64,000 bases of DNA from the human T2T-CHM13v2.0 reference genome, Homo sapiens, in NCBI RefSeq assembly GCF_009914755.1, contig NC_060942.1. One strand, written 5' to 3'. Below, piece after piece: positions 19,894-41,152 of this stretch. Position 1 is the stretch's first letter; each line of letters opens with the position of its first letter. A program made the position numbers and the translations under genes. The notes under the pieces were generated by a model. The model worked only from the letters and a program-made list of their open reading frames with translations. It searched no databases and was not told the origin of the DNA.

Positions 19894-21111
19894 TGTACTG
19901 TTTTTTCAAGTGTCAAAATTAGAATTAATATCCTCAAGAATTTTTCCAGTTATGTAATATAAATTACACTTGTATAATTCTGCCATGGCATATCCCATAG
20001 ATATACCAACTGTATGATTTGTGCTGCTAGATATTTGCTTCTTCTCTCTGGTTCATCAGCATGTTACAGTCATATCCTTCAGTGTCCTATTTATTACCCC
20101 TTGGTTATATGTACAAATCACCCTTCTCAACTAGTGGAGAGCTATCCAAATTAAAGCATTAGCTTTTCACCCATACACAGAAAGTTAGCTCCTAACACGA
20201 ATATCAGGAAAGAACCACAATATTAATTGTTTGGAAATGCTCCAACATTATCCTCACTTGGAAGAGACAAACCAGTTAGTTGTATTTGCATTATTTAAAA
20301 AGGACAAAGCGAAATGTCAAGGTAAATTATGCAATGGGTTATGTAATTTTTTAATTAAAAAACAGCAACAACAACAACAACAAAACAGAAGGGGAGAATT
20401 TCCTTCCTAGTTATGTGCATCCTTACTGGTTACTCTGACTTTTTGTTACTTATTTACTAAAATGACTTCAAGGACAGCATTTGGCAGTCACTCGCAAACC
20501 TCTAGCCCCAGAGTTTTCAAGCAATATCACTGTACGTTTTGAAGATGCCCACCTCGGTATACTACCGTTTTAATAGGACAAATAAATAAAGTTGTTCTTG
20601 GGCGGGGTTTCCCAAAGAAAGCATTGTAGGACACAAAGATTACAAAGGATTGAAAATGCTATTCACAATTTTGTATGACAGGGTAGCTGCTGGTAAGAAA
20701 AAGCAGGCTAGACGAATGTATTTTTGGTGGAATCTAGTTTATTGCATTTAAGGGCCTCAAAAGTTAGCAACACTATATTCTGCATTGTTATAAACACAAC
20801 TGTGTATGTTTGTCCTCTCTGTAATTATATCAGAACAACCCTAACATCAAAGGATTGCAGAATTACATAGCAAACCCAGAATAGCCTGTGGTTTGGAAGC
20901 TGAATAGAGAGCCCAATTACCCAGGTCAAATATCTACCAGTGATATCAGTTTAGGGCCACGCTCTGGCTTTACTTTCTGGTGCAAGGATATTCCAGGCCT
21001 AAAATCTGGGGACAGGCCACTACTTCTTGGGGCAAAAGTCATAGCCTGCTCAAAGTTGTTGCTCTTGTCGCATTCCAATTTATTCCCCTTCCAGCTTGAT
21101 AAGCCAGTCTA

Positions 21112-21445
<334 letters not shown>

Positions 21446-21667
21446 ATAGAACCAGAGATGTGAACCATTGACATTCTAGACAAAAACGTGGATGCTACAC
21501 AGGTATATGCATCTGCCTATTTGCTACACTCACCTCCCAAAACAGAAACACAAACCTTGTCACTTCCTCACATAGGCAGCTACGAAGAATAACCTAAGCC
21601 AATTACAGATTGTTTTTTGCTTATCTACGATGTAATTATCAATTAATAATAAAATTAAAAAGCTACC

Positions 21668-22496
21668 TGTATTAGAGTTCTCCAGGGAAACAGAACCAAC
21701 TGTTCTGTTGGTAGAACAACTGATAGATAGATAGATAAAGAGACTCTTTCTTGCAACCTCTGCCTCCCAGGTTCGAGCAATTCTCATGCCTCAGCCACCT
21801 GAGTAGCTGGGATTACAGGTGTGCAGCATCACACCCGGCTAATTTTTGTATTTTTAGTTAAGACAGGGTTTTGCCATGTTGGCCAGGCTGGTCTCGAACT
21901 CCTGACTTCAAGTGATCTGCCCACCTCAGCCTCCCAAAGTGCTGGGACTACAGGCATGAGCCACTGCACCCAGCGCTTCCTTCCTTCCTTCCTTCTTTTT
22001 CTTTTTCTCTTTCCTTCCTTTTTGCCATCCATCGTTCCTTCCTCTCTCACTGTCTCTCTTTCTCTTTCTGTCTTACAAGGTGTTGGTTCATGTAATTATG
22101 GAAGCTGAGAAATCCCACAATATGCCATTTGTAAGCTAGAGACCCAGGAAAACCAGTGGTGTGGTTTAACAACCTCAGCAAGTCAATTGTGTAGATTCCA
22201 GTCTGCATCTGAAGGCCTAAGAACCAGGAGCACTGAAGATAGAAGATCAATTTCCCAGCTCAAGGGTCAGGCAGAGAGTGAATTCAGCCTTCCTCTGACT
22301 TTTTGTTCTACTCAGGCCCTCAAGGAGAATGATGTCCACCCACATTGGGGAGGAACAACTGCTTTAATCATTTCACCAACTCAGATACTAATCTCGTCCA
22401 GAAACAGCTTCACAGACACACTCAGAAATAATGTTTAATCAACTATCTAGATATCCCATGGCCCTGTGAGGTTAACCCATACAACTAGCCATCATA
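21668..22496 (-). mobile_element. MLT2 solo LTR containing a partial Alu (21752-21974, minus)
   Basis: tgtattagagttctccagggaaacagaacc ... cttcacagacacactcagaaataatgttt ... ccatcata. Confidence 0.8.
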
Positions 22497-22552
22497 CTAC
22501 CATTAAGGACATAAATTGGTTTTCAGATGAACTCATTAAAATGTAGAATCCT

Positions 22553-22891
<339 letters not shown>

Positions 22892-23557
22892 TCAACAAGG
22901 ACCCAGTTTCTTCAGCTCAACTTAGGGTTGGGGCTTCCTTCCCAATTCTCCTGTCTTGGTCTAATACCATCACCAATGTCTCAATCAGCCAAGCTTAAAA
23001 TTCTAAAACTTGGTGTCATTTTTGACTCACTCTTCTTTTTTATCTCTCTTATCCCATGAGTCATCAACTTCTGGGCATCATTTCTTTGAAAAGTGTGATG
23101 TTTTCTCTTCTTCCGTTCTTTGCCAGTGCAGTCCTTAGTATCCACACACTGATTATAACGTCGCTTACTCTAGGCTCCTCTGCATTCCAGCTGCCCATCA
23201 CATCCTTGCCAAATATCCCTAGAACACCATCCCCATTGAGTCATTCCTTAGCTCAAACACCTAGAATGGTGGCTCCGTGGGACCTCTACAATATCAGTCT
23301 ATAGTTCACTATCAGCTTTTCAAGTTTCTTCATAATTGAGCTTCCTCCAGGAGACTTTCTCCTTCTGGATGGCAAAGCTGGTCTTGCTGACCCTGTGTTG
23401 TAAGCCTGCACAGTAGGTAACACGGAGTAGGTAGTGAGTAAATTACAGCCAAATGCATGGAGAAACACTGAAGCCCATGGAGTAGGTGACATCTCCCATT
23501 GCATTATAATTACTGATGTAATGTAACGAGTGGTACAGATGTTTTGCTTTTGTACAG

Positions 23558-23702
23558 GTGAGAAAGCACAGAAAGAGCATTTTGACAGGTCAGCGCTCTG
23601 CATGATCTTGTAAGTTGTGAGATCCTTCTTAGATGCGGAACAAGAAAACACAACTATTTCATGAGTACTTAGCAGTAATAGCACAGACTTAGAGAAAGTG
23701 AT
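23558..23702 (+). pseudogene. Possible decayed exon paralogous to an MRO/MROH exon
   Basis: Pyrimidine tract + CAG, then VRKHRKSIL, a frameshift, VSALHDLVSCEI, ending GAT|GTGAGA. Compare recalled MRO [9 protein letters not shown]...[12 protein letters not shown]...LLDD. Confidence 0.35.
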
Positions 23703-23896
23703 GTGAGACTTTTTTAAAAGTTTATGATACATAATTTGATTTTATGATAAATATCCTGATACGAGCTCATCGACCTTTTTTTGTCAGTTAGACTTACACG
23801 CAAATCACGGTCACTATAAATAGGACCACTTGAAAACAAAAATAAAGGACAAATGATTTTGGGCAAGCCACTTAACATTTCTGGGCCGCACATTCC

Positions 23897-24070
23897 TTTT
23901 TTTTTTTTTTTTTTTTTTTCAAGAGAGACAGGATCGCTTTACAAACCCGGCTGAAGTGTGGTGGTGTGAAGTGCACAGCTCACTGCAGCCTCAAACTCCT
24001 AGGCTCAAGCAATCCTCCTGCCTCAGCCTTCCAAGTAGCCGGGACTACAGGCACATGCCACCACGCCCTG
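23897..24070 (-). mobile_element. Alu right-arm monomer (FRAM-like or truncated), within MIR-like sequence
   Basis: Single arm with poly-T. Confidence 0.8.
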
Positions 24071-24324
24071 CAAATTCCTCATCTTAAAATGAGGAGGTGG
24101 CACTAACCAGATGATCTCTGTGTTTCCTTCAGTTCTGACATCATTTGGCTCTGTATGCAAAAAACTACCCCTCTGCTCCTTAAATCAGCAAGTTTATTAG
24201 TCTGAGCATTCAGTTTTAAGATTTCATAGGCCAGTAAAATTCCCTCGCCCCCAGTTTTTTTCCACAGGATTTTCAGAGGGTTAGAAGTCTTTTATTTTTG
24301 TTGTTGTTGTTTCCACAGGGTTAG

Positions 24325-24653
<329 letters not shown>

Positions 24654-25688
24654 AGAAGTCTTTTATTTTGACAAAAGAAGGAGGTTTTTATTCCTAGTCC
24701 CACCATCCTACAAATCATCACCATCATGTCATTTTAATAAACCATGTTAAGACCAGAAATTTAATCTCTGGATAAAAGATAATTATTGTGTTTAATACAT
24801 TTTAAGTTTATGAAAAACTCATTGAAGCCACCTTATTTTTCGCATTTCACCATAGACTAGTGAAATCTTTGTCACAGGCTGATTCTGTTGTCATCCTGAT
24901 TCAACACTTTTTTTCTCTGTGTGACCCAGGATTAAATCCAGCTTCCCCTTTGCTACATAGAGATATGAGGAAATTCACCATTTTATCATCTATATATTAT
25001 AAAATCTGAAATATCAGCATTGGAAGGTTTATTAAATATAAATCCATCAGAAAGATATTTGCATTCTTTCTACCATACCTCCACCAGACAGTTATCACAT
25101 TGACAGCTGATAGCCAGAGAGCTGTCTGGTTCTGAAGGTGAAGGATGGAATAATAATAGCCGGCTATATTTTAACATACGCATTTTACCAGCTTCCCTTT
25201 TACAAATCCCATATCAGTGATTTATGCACTCTGAAATGAGGCTGAGAAACATGGACATGGCTAAGTGCATACCTCTGATGTAATACAGTTGAAATGTTCT
25301 GTCTCTGAAATGTCTAGATTGTCTCCATTTTTCAATGTTCAGTGTAAGTGTCTCCTCCTCCAGGAAGCCTTCCCCACCTCTCCAGCCAAAAGGAATCTGC
25401 CCTCTTTTGAACTTCCAGAGTATTATTTCACCCTATCATATGACACTTTCCAATTTCCTCCACTTTCGTGTTATGGTGAAATATGTGGAAATCTTATTTC
25501 CTCTACTAGATTGTAAAGTCCTTGGTGACAGGAATTACATCTTTGGACATCATGTCTAGCCAGACACAGTTAGCCATGTATCCTCTAGGAAATGGGTTCT
25601 CAGTAAATCAAGGAAGAGATGAAGCAAGTGAAGAAGAAAAACTCTGTTGCATAAAGGAGAGGCCCCCCTGCTTGGAAAAATCTCTTTA

Positions 25689-26116
<428 letters not shown>

Positions 26117-26239
26117 CTATTATCTAGGTGGGTGATACTTGGCCCCATAGCCTGTGCTTCCACTTCTTCTCTCACCTGTTGCTTTTCAAGTCCTCTTACT
26201 GAATGGGTTCACTTGATACCCTTAAAGAAGCCAGAGCTT

Positions 26240-26505
26240 GGTCAGGCACGGCGGCTCATGCCTGTAATCCCAGCAATCCCAGCACTTTGGGAGGCCGGGG
26301 AGGGCAGATGGCTTGAGCTCAGGAGTTAGAGGCCAGCCTGGGCATTTGAAAAAAAATTAGTCAAGTGTGGTGGTACACACCTGTTGCCCCAGTTACTCTG
26401 GAGGCTGAGGTGGGAGGATCATTTGAGCCTGGGAGGTCAAGGCTGCAGTGAGCTGAGATCGGCCACAGCACTCCAGGCTGGGACAACAGAGCAAGACCCG
26501 GTCTC

Positions 26506-26536
<31 letters not shown>

Positions 26537-26545
26537 AGAAGAAGA
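26240..26545 (+). mobile_element. Alu (J-like) with internal deletion
   Basis: Consensus with long A/GAA tail. Confidence 0.9.
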
Positions 26546-26843
26546 GGAAGAAGTCTGAGCTAGGCATGTGCAACTACCACAGGCAGACTTAAGCTCCAAG
26601 AAGCCATGTTAACTCCTTCCCTAGAAAATCAGTATGGTCTGTATGAGAGCAGGAGAGCAATCAGCTGGCTCAGTAGAAACCTCTCCCTACTGCACATGAG
26701 CAGAATCCTTCCTGCAACAGAAATCTGGAACATCTTGTTCAGTGAAATCATTTCTCCTTCAAGAAAACCTATGCCAGTGCTTACGATGACAGACTATCCA
26801 TCCCTGACATAGGACTCTGTGTTGACACGGAAATGTGATCTGA

Positions 26844-27426
<583 letters not shown>

Positions 27427-27866
27427 TAGATCTTATTTTCATTTGATGCAAACTGGGCTTCAAACCAATGAGCCGCATCAGTCCAGGCTTGGCTACCCAC
27501 GACTAGTCTGTCTTCGTACAGCCAGCACCTCCAATTCAATTTGTCCAAAATAGAACCCTTCACCTTTCCACACGCTGGTTTTTCAATCCTTAACAAGTGT
27601 ATCTATTTCCCAGGTTGGGAGGCCTTACAGACCTTTCCACTACTCAACCCCAAAGCTTGTTTCCTACCTGGGCCTACTCAGCTGCTGGAGTCTCCTCCCA
27701 TCTTTGCTGCAACCTCCTGGGGTGAAGCCAGGGTTCCGCTCCTCATCCAAGGATTATCGCCAAAGTCAAAGTTAAGTCAAAGGAAAGAATGTCCAATCCC
27801 TTTTCCTAGGGAGATTTTTTTATCACCTCTCCCATGGCACAGAAACCAGTGGTAAACTATAGATAA

Positions 27867-28331
<465 letters not shown>

Positions 28332-29125
28332 TGATTCTGTTACTCTGCCTGACCAAAGAATGATCACTTCCCATTTTCTCACATCTCTTTGAAAAACCAA
28401 TCACTCTTAAAACTTTAGAAAAATGCCTCCCTCTCTCTGTCAAACTTGCAGAGCTCTGTGTTCCATCTCTTCCTTTCCATTCCCATTCCCCTGGTCTAGT
28501 CTAGGGTATTGTTCTACCCTCCTACATGGTCACCTGGTTCCTGATATCACTCCAGAATGATACTTCTAAACCACATTTTGATCATGTCACTACTGTCACC
28601 CCATTCCCCTGCAACCTCCAAAAACTCTTACTAACTCTCCATTGCTTGCAGAACAAAGACCAAATTATCTTGCATGGTATTGAAGGCTTCCACATTTGAG
28701 CCCCAACCTGCCAATCTAGTCTTGCTTACATTCTTATGTTCCAAATTCCTGCTAACAGAACAAGCTCTAAGATTTCACATCTACTTCTCTGTCTGGAATT
28801 CATTTTGACCTATCAGAACTATGGCTATCCTTCAAGACTCAGATAAAATGACAAATGACATCTACTACACAAGCCTTCCTTGATATTCCCTACCTGAAAT
28901 GTTTTCCCCCTATTCCTGGCACTTCCACGAAACTCCCCCTTATAAGCATTTGTCACCTTTTACTTTGTATTACAGTAACTTGTGCACACAGCCCAGTTCT
29001 TATCCCAAATTGCAAACTCCACAAGGCCAAGGACAGTGTTATTGAATTTTATATTCTTTTCAATCCCTAGTACACTCCCTTTCATAAAGTTACTTAATGA
29101 AGTATTTATTAAATCCATTAATCCA

Positions 29126-29440
29126 GCTGGGTGCAGTGGCTCATGCCTGGAATCCCAGCACTTTGGGAGGTTGAGGTAAGCAGATCACTTGAAGCCAGGA
29201 GTTAGAGACCAGCCTGGCCAACATAGTGAAACCCTGTCTCTACTAAAAATACAAAACCCTGTCTCTACTAAAAATACAAAAATTATGCACCTATAGTCCC
29301 AGCTACTCAGGAGGCCGAGGCACAAGAATCACTTGAACGCAGGAAGTGGAGGTTGCAATGAGCCAAGATTGCACTATGGCACTCAAGCCTGGGCAACACA
29401 GTAAGACTCTGTTTCAAATAAATAAATAAAAAAGAAAGAA
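29126..29440 (+). mobile_element. Alu with an internal ~25-bp tandem duplication
   Basis: aaccctgtctctactaaaaatacaa occurs twice (~29230-29280). Confidence 0.9.
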
Positions 29441-30785
29441 AAATTCATTAATACACTAGGGGTGAATGTTGTCAACAACTTTTTTTTATAGTTAAGTAAC
29501 TTCAACTTTAAACTTTTTAAATTTGCACGTTTTGTCCAGAAATGATGTTAATCATTTATCATACAACCATATCCTCAGTCCAGAGGTTAATCTATGCAGA
29601 AAGAAGCTTTCATTATACATCCAAGTGAGTTACATTTCAGATAACTGTGTAGTAGTGCCTACTTGGCACTTTTCATAAGAATCAATTCTTTTGTATTCCC
29701 TATGAGTCAGGGGAGGAGAGGAAACCAGAAGGATAAAGGAACATATTCAAGTTCCCCAGCAAATGAGGTCAGAGATTAGAGTTAGGGCTTTGTAAGGTTG
29801 AGGCAAAGGTTATGTTGAAATTCCCAGAGTGCTGAGTCTCAGAGCAGTCAGTGAGTCAACTGCGAAGGCGCTGAGTAACGAACTACGAGATCTGAGCGGC
29901 ATCTCACACAGGACACTGAAGAAAGGCATTTTGTAGACGGATGACTGCCCTGCCAGTGTGGTGGGTGAAATGGGGGAGTTCTGGCCGGCAGTGTGGCCCT
30001 TGCCTGCAGTGAGTCTTAAGGGGACTCATTTACTTACCTGTCCAAGTCTCACTTCACCTTCCAAGAAAGAAAAATGCTGAACTTACTTAGGTAACCAATA
30101 GTCCCTTTCTAGCTTTCAAGCTGTGGTAGAGGAATTCATTCACTTAGTAGTGAATGTTCTGAGCAAGTGGCTTTTTACATCCCTGGGAAGTACAAAAGAG
30201 CCTAAGGGCAATGGCCAGGGCAAAACTAACACCTGAAAAGAAATTAACAGTTCAGTGGGGAATAGAACTGGGTAGGAATAAAACAGGACCAACTCCTGGA
30301 GAGTCTGGAGAGTCTGGAGAGGCAGGCTGTGAAATCTGACCTTGACTTAGAAGAGGGAGCAGAGGGGGAGGCTGGTAGGTAATAAAGAGGGGAAACAATG
30401 GACTTCAGACTTTGAATAAAACATCCCTCATGTCATCTGAGCCTCAAAGTATACTAAGAATTATGCAAGATACAGGGGCAGCCAACAGGTTCGATCCACA
30501 TGTGAATCAAATTATTTCAGGCCCCCCAACAATAATGCCTCAACTGAATACCTTGATGGGGGATTAATTCCAGGTCCACATCTGGGCTATCCAGCTCCAG
30601 GAACTTAAGCTGGCATTACACCAGTACTGGCTTTGTATGGCACTTCCCCACACTTAAGAAAGGGGAAGAACCTGAAATGGGAGAAGTCAAATGTTTACTC
30701 AGACTTCTGATTTAAGGTGCCGTGCCTCTTTGTACTGCCTTGACCTGGGGGCATGATATGGTCAAAGTGCTGTTTTTGAAAGCTA

Positions 30786-31567
<782 letters not shown>

Positions 31568-31671
31568 CAAAGATAGGAAGCAGGTGACAAATGCATTATA
31601 GGGGAAAAAGGAAAAATCCTTTTCAGATTCCACTGACATCTATTGAACACTTATTCTATTTCTTTTTTCCT

Positions 31672-31963
31672 TATTTTTTTTTTGAGATGGAGTCTCGCTC
31701 TGTTGCACAGGCTGAAGTGCAGTGGTGCAGTCTTGGCTCACTGCAACCTCTGCTTCCCATGTCCGAGCGATTATCCTGCCTCAGCCTCCTGAGTAGCAGA
31801 TTACAGGCATGTGCCACCATGCCCAGCTCATTTTTGTATTATTAGTAGAGGTGGGGTTTCACCATGCTGGCCAGGCTGGTCTTGAACTTCTGACCTCAGG
31901 TGATCCGCCGGTCTCAGCCTCCCAAGGTGCTAGGATTACAAGCATGAGCCACCGCACGCGGCC
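31672..31963 (-). mobile_element. Alu
   Basis: Antisense consensus. Confidence 0.95.
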
Positions 31964-32534
31964 TCTTATTCTATTCCTAGTTATACTCTTAAGTGCTTTC
32001 ATGTGCTCTTTAAATTTGGTCTTCAGAACGATCCTACAGAGATAAATAAGTTTTGTAAGAGATGTTGAGAGAGTTGCTGTGGTCCATAGCTAGTAAGAGG
32101 TAGAGCAGAATTTGAATCCAGGCATCCTGATTCCAAGTCCCGTATTCTCTTCATGACATTATGGATTTAGAGAAGCGGCATTTAAAGAAATGGCACTGCT
32201 GGGAGGAGTGGCCCGTAGAGGGGAAATACACTGGCTTTGATTTGGATCTGAGCTGTGGTAGGATATCCAATTGCAGATGTTCCATAGTGACCTGGCTCAC
32301 GTCTTGCTTTCCATCCTGACTCACATAAAAACCAGTGACCTCCACTGCTTGACTCCCTCTGGATCACATTGTATCTCGGCCATCTCAGGCAACTGTTCCA
32401 CTTAAAACCTCGCTTTCTGTCTACAACTCTCCAACTTTCCAGGCCTCCAGCTCTCTCATTCCTATTGCAAACACCGAAATGCCTTTCACTTTTTAGAAAC
32501 ATCAATCCCTTGATATTTTTATTTTCTCCCAGTC

Positions 32535-33124
<590 letters not shown>

Positions 33125-33899
33125 CCCAGTCTTTTTTTTATTAGTTCCTCCAGACGTCTCCATCTCTCCAAATAACCCCAGATGCCTTAGCTCATTATCC
33201 AAAGCCTGCTTTTGCCTTTGATTTCCCAGTACCCCAATGGAGAAGTATAGATGTAACTCTGTAACATCTCTCAGACAATACCCCAATCCTGGCTGGATGT
33301 TACAACCTGTCTTCACCTTTACTCAGTTGCCAGAGGAAACTTTCTCAGTCTTGCAGAGAACACTCACAATCTCCAACTTCAGCTGGGCCCTGAGCACCCC
33401 TCAATTCTTTCCCTGCCCAGAGTCTCTCCCTCATTGCCTCCTATTTCATAGAAAAAGCCTGAGCGCATCACACCTTCTCTCTCCATCATCCTCCTACCTA
33501 TAAATGTAGCAACGTCCACAGCCTTGCCACTGCTTTCCCTCCCCTCAACAGAGAAGCCACTGTCCCTTCTGCCCAAGGCCAGGACCTGCCCTCCTGGGCC
33601 TCCCAGGATTCTGCTCCTTCACACCACTGGGTGTCATCTCTCTTCCTCTGCTGCCTCCTTTCTGTCAGCTTCTAACATGCTCCAACCTCTCCTCCTACAC
33701 CTCGCAACTTCTCCATCCCTGCTTCTCCAAACTTCTCAAAGGACAGAAAGCCTTGACTTCCTCACCTCACACCTGCTTCTCAACCTGCAGTCTGACTCTC
33801 ACTTCCATTAGCTCTGGAAACTATACCCCTAAGATCTTAAATGCCCTCCTAATTGACACATCTTCTTTTTATCTTCCTGGGCCCCTCTGCTCCTTTTTT

Positions 33900-35062
<1,163 letters not shown>

Positions 35063-35088
35063 GCTCCATGTTTTAAAGGCCATCATTA

Positions 35089-35561
<473 letters not shown>

Positions 35562-35824
35562 CTAGGGGTCTGAATCAGAGTCCAATCAGAAAAACAGATG
35601 TTTCCCTATAAAAAGAGGGTGTTCAATACAGGAAATTGATGAAATAGCCATTGGAAAGCTGAAAGAATACACAGGGGAGTGCTGAGATAGCCCAGATCAA
35701 TAACTGCAGGAAGCCACCCCCAGTCCTAGGGCTGAAAAACAAAGAGGTGAGGTTTACCCCCACCTCTAGAGGCTCTCAGAGACCTGTCTCCCTTACTGCA
35801 CAGCTGGGCTTTGACCCTTGAATT

Positions 35825-36415
35825 AGAGAATTAGAGACAGGGTTTTCCAGAGAAACAGAACCAAGAGGAGAAAGAGAGAGAAAAATAGAAAAAAAGAAAG
35901 AAAGAGAGAGAAAGAAAGGAAAGAAAGAAAGGCAGGCAGGCAGAGAGGCAAGCAGACAGGCAGACAGACAGATAAATAGATAGGAGAGAGAGAGAGAGAA
36001 TTTGTTGGCTCACACAATTGTGGAGGCAGAGAAGTCCCACAATGTGTCATCTGCAAGCTGGAGAGCAAGGAAACCCCATGGTATAATTCCATCTGAGGCC
36101 AAAGGCCTGTGAATGGGAGGCTGGGAAAGGGTGAGGGGGAGTGCCAGGGTTGGTGTAAGTCACAGAGTCCAAGGACCCAAGACTCAGGATCTCTGATATC
36201 CAAGAGCAGAAGATGGACATCCAAGGGCAGGAGAAGCTAGATGTCCCAGCTCAAGCAGAGAGTAAAGTCTCCTTTCCTCTGTCTTTATGTTCTATTTGGG
36301 CCCTCAACAGATTGGATGATGCCTTTTCACACTGGTGAGAGCAAATCTTTACTGAGCCTACTGATTCAAATACTAATGTCTTCCTGAAACACCCTCACAG
36401 ACACATCCAGAAATA
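35825..36415 (-). mobile_element. MLT2-family LTR (partial) with purine microsatellite
   Basis: cagggttttccagagaaacagaacc ... aaacaccctcacagacacatccagaaata. Confidence 0.75.
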
Positions 36416-36805
36416 GGGGGAGACTGGAAAGAAAAGTTTGCAAACCTCAACCATAGCCTCAAAGAACAGAGTCCAGAAGGACAGATTTGAAGCCAAGAGA
36501 CAATACACAGATGATGAGCCTGGGTCTCTGTCCTGGGTTCACCATTCTTCTCACTACATTCACTTTCTAGGAGCGGTCTCAGTTTTCCAGGAGTAAACTC
36601 TCATGCTTCCAACCCTACCTATATGCCAGTGACATCCAAGTCCATTTGTCCAATGCAGACCTTTCTTCTGAGCTTTAGAAACATTTCTTCACCAGTTGCC
36701 TGCTGGGAATGTCCACCCTGATGGCCTTCAAATTAAACAGGCTACAAACAGGACTTGTCATCTTTCCTGCTCAACCCACCTCCACTCCTCGGTTCTGCAA
36801 TTATG

Positions 36806-37500
<695 letters not shown>

Positions 37501-37849
37501 TGACATTATAATTAACTGTAGATGTATCTGTCTCCCACCTCTCTTCACCTCTCTGCCACCTCCTGAGAGCTCTGTCATGTCAGGGACAATCGTATATTTG
37601 TTTGAAACCAAGTAGGCACTCCAAAGGTGTTTGCTGACAGAATGGTGCCAACTGGGGGAAAAGGACTGGATCAAAAGTAAAAACTCACAGTGGGGCACCC
37701 AGATGTGAGAGTCCTCTCAGTAGAGGTAAGTTTAGAATTGAACCTTGGGGATCACCCCTAATTATGAAAACAAGGGAGAGGAAATGGCAAAGATGAGGCA
37801 AGAGATCCAGAAGAGTCCCGGGCCAGGGGAACCAAAAAAGGTGTTTCCA

Positions 37850-38149
37850 GGCCAGGTGCAGTGGCTCATGCCTGTAATCCCAGCACTTTGGGAGGCTGAA
37901 GCAGGCAGATCACCTGAGTTCAGGAGTTCGAGACCAGCCCGGCCAACATGGTGAAACCCCATCTCTACTAAAAATACAAAAATTAGCTAGGCATGGTGAC
38001 AGGCACCTGTAATCCCAGCTATTCGAGAGGCTGAGGCAGGACAGTCGCTTGAACCCGGAGAGGGTGGAGGTTGCAGTGAGCCAAGATGGAGCCACTGCAC
38101 TCCAGCCTGGGCAACAGAGCAAGACCCCACCTCAAAAAAAAAAAAAAAA
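37850..38149 (+). mobile_element. Alu
   Basis: TSD gtgtttcca. Confidence 0.95.
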
Positions 38150-38556
38150 GTGTTTCCAGAAGGAAGGGAAGATCAGCTGGGGCAAATTTGGCTGAAAGAA
38201 TCAGGAAGTTGAGGACTGAGAAAAGGTTTGAATGTCACCAAAAAAGAGGAACTTTTGCAGTTTTGAAAAAGTTGTGGGGATAGAAACCAGCTTCCCTGAG
38301 CTGTAGATGCGACTGCTTTCACAGGAGTCTGCAGGCTGCTTGTGGAAATGGCTTGGCATAAGGAGGTGAGTTAAGTTCCCCCATTTGGATGGAGTACAGT
38401 GAGCCCCAGAATGTTATTTCTCCTATTTTCTTCTCCTTTCTGCCCCAATAAGTACAAAATGGGCTGAGAGTCACAGGGTTTGTGACCCGACAACAGTTCC
38501 ATTTCCCTTTCCTCACTGTTGGCATAATGCCTTTTGAATATTATTTTCACAACTGA

Positions 38557-38856
38557 GGCCAGGTGCGGTGCCTCACGCCTATAATCCCAGTACTTTGGGA
38601 GGCCAAGGCTGACAGATCACCTGAGGTCAGGAGTCCCAGACCAGCCTGGCCAACATGGTGAAACCCCATCTCTACTAAAAATACAAAAAAATCAGCCAAC
38701 GTGGTGGTTCGTGCTTGTAATCCCAGCTACTCAGGAGGCTAAGGCATGAGAATTGCTTGAACCTGGGCGGCACAGGTTACACTGAGCCAAGATCATGCCG
38801 CTTCACTCCAGCCTGAGCGACAGGGCGAGACTCTGTCTCAAAAAAAGAAAAAAAAA
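38557..38856 (+). mobile_element. Alu
   Basis: Consensus; TSD-like tattttcaca. Confidence 0.95.
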
Positions 38857-38966
38857 TATTTTCACAGCTGGCATAAAATGAAATCTTATTCCTTTCCCAA
38901 CCTTACATGAAGATGACTATTGCCCACTAATGCCTATTCAGAGAATGTAAATAAAATATAAACAAG

Positions 38967-39411
<445 letters not shown>

Positions 39412-40055
39412 TCACAAAAGAAGCTAAAATATATTTCTGTACCAAAAATAAAGTTGTAAACTGCTTTTTAAAAAATTCTCTGTGGGAGGCTTCCAAAAAC
39501 ATATTCTACATCAATTATTCTGAAAGTCAGTATGTCAGAAATAAATTACTTTCTTGACCTAACAATATGTGCCCCTGGCACAAGGAGAGACATAAACAAA
39601 TTCCTCTTCACGTGGAACAGAAGATAGCTAAGACAAGTTCCCTAAATTGTAAACCTTGGAGGCTGGGAAATTTGGCCAGTTTTCAACTTGAAAGCAACCT
39701 CTGCAATGTTAATCAGTTAAACCTGCGTTTGTGTCATAGTGTGGATTCACCCAGTAACTGGAAAGCCCAGGGAATGTAACATTGTCCCTGGCAAAGCTCA
39801 ATAAATGGAAAGAGTGGAGTTTACTGAAAGTCACAAAACACCTGTTGACGGAGAATGTCCCCACTTCACCTTGAAATTGGGGATCTGACAAAAGAAATTG
39901 CTACAGGAAATTGTTTTCCATGATCACAAGTTGAACTCATAAATTGCTGACAGATAAAACAGGGTTCCTAGTTGAACTTAGATAAAAACTGATAGCCTGG
40001 TACAAGAGTTCTTAAGCATAGGTGGTATGTGAACTTGGACTGGGAAAAATATACA

Positions 40056-40710
<655 letters not shown>

Positions 40711-40789
40711 TATTTATTTACACTAATTTCTAACTGGAATTTAACATTTTCTTCAATTATCAATGTAGGGAACAAACTGCTAGAATTAA

Positions 40790-41107
<318 letters not shown>

Positions 41108-41152
41108 AGAAATTACAGATTTTTTTATGTCACTTTACAGTAGTTGCAGATA

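Noticed and set aside
23286-23732. 148-aa minus-strand ORF
   Set aside because: No recognisable protein; partly overlaps old repeat-like sequence. The more plausible signal is on the plus strand.
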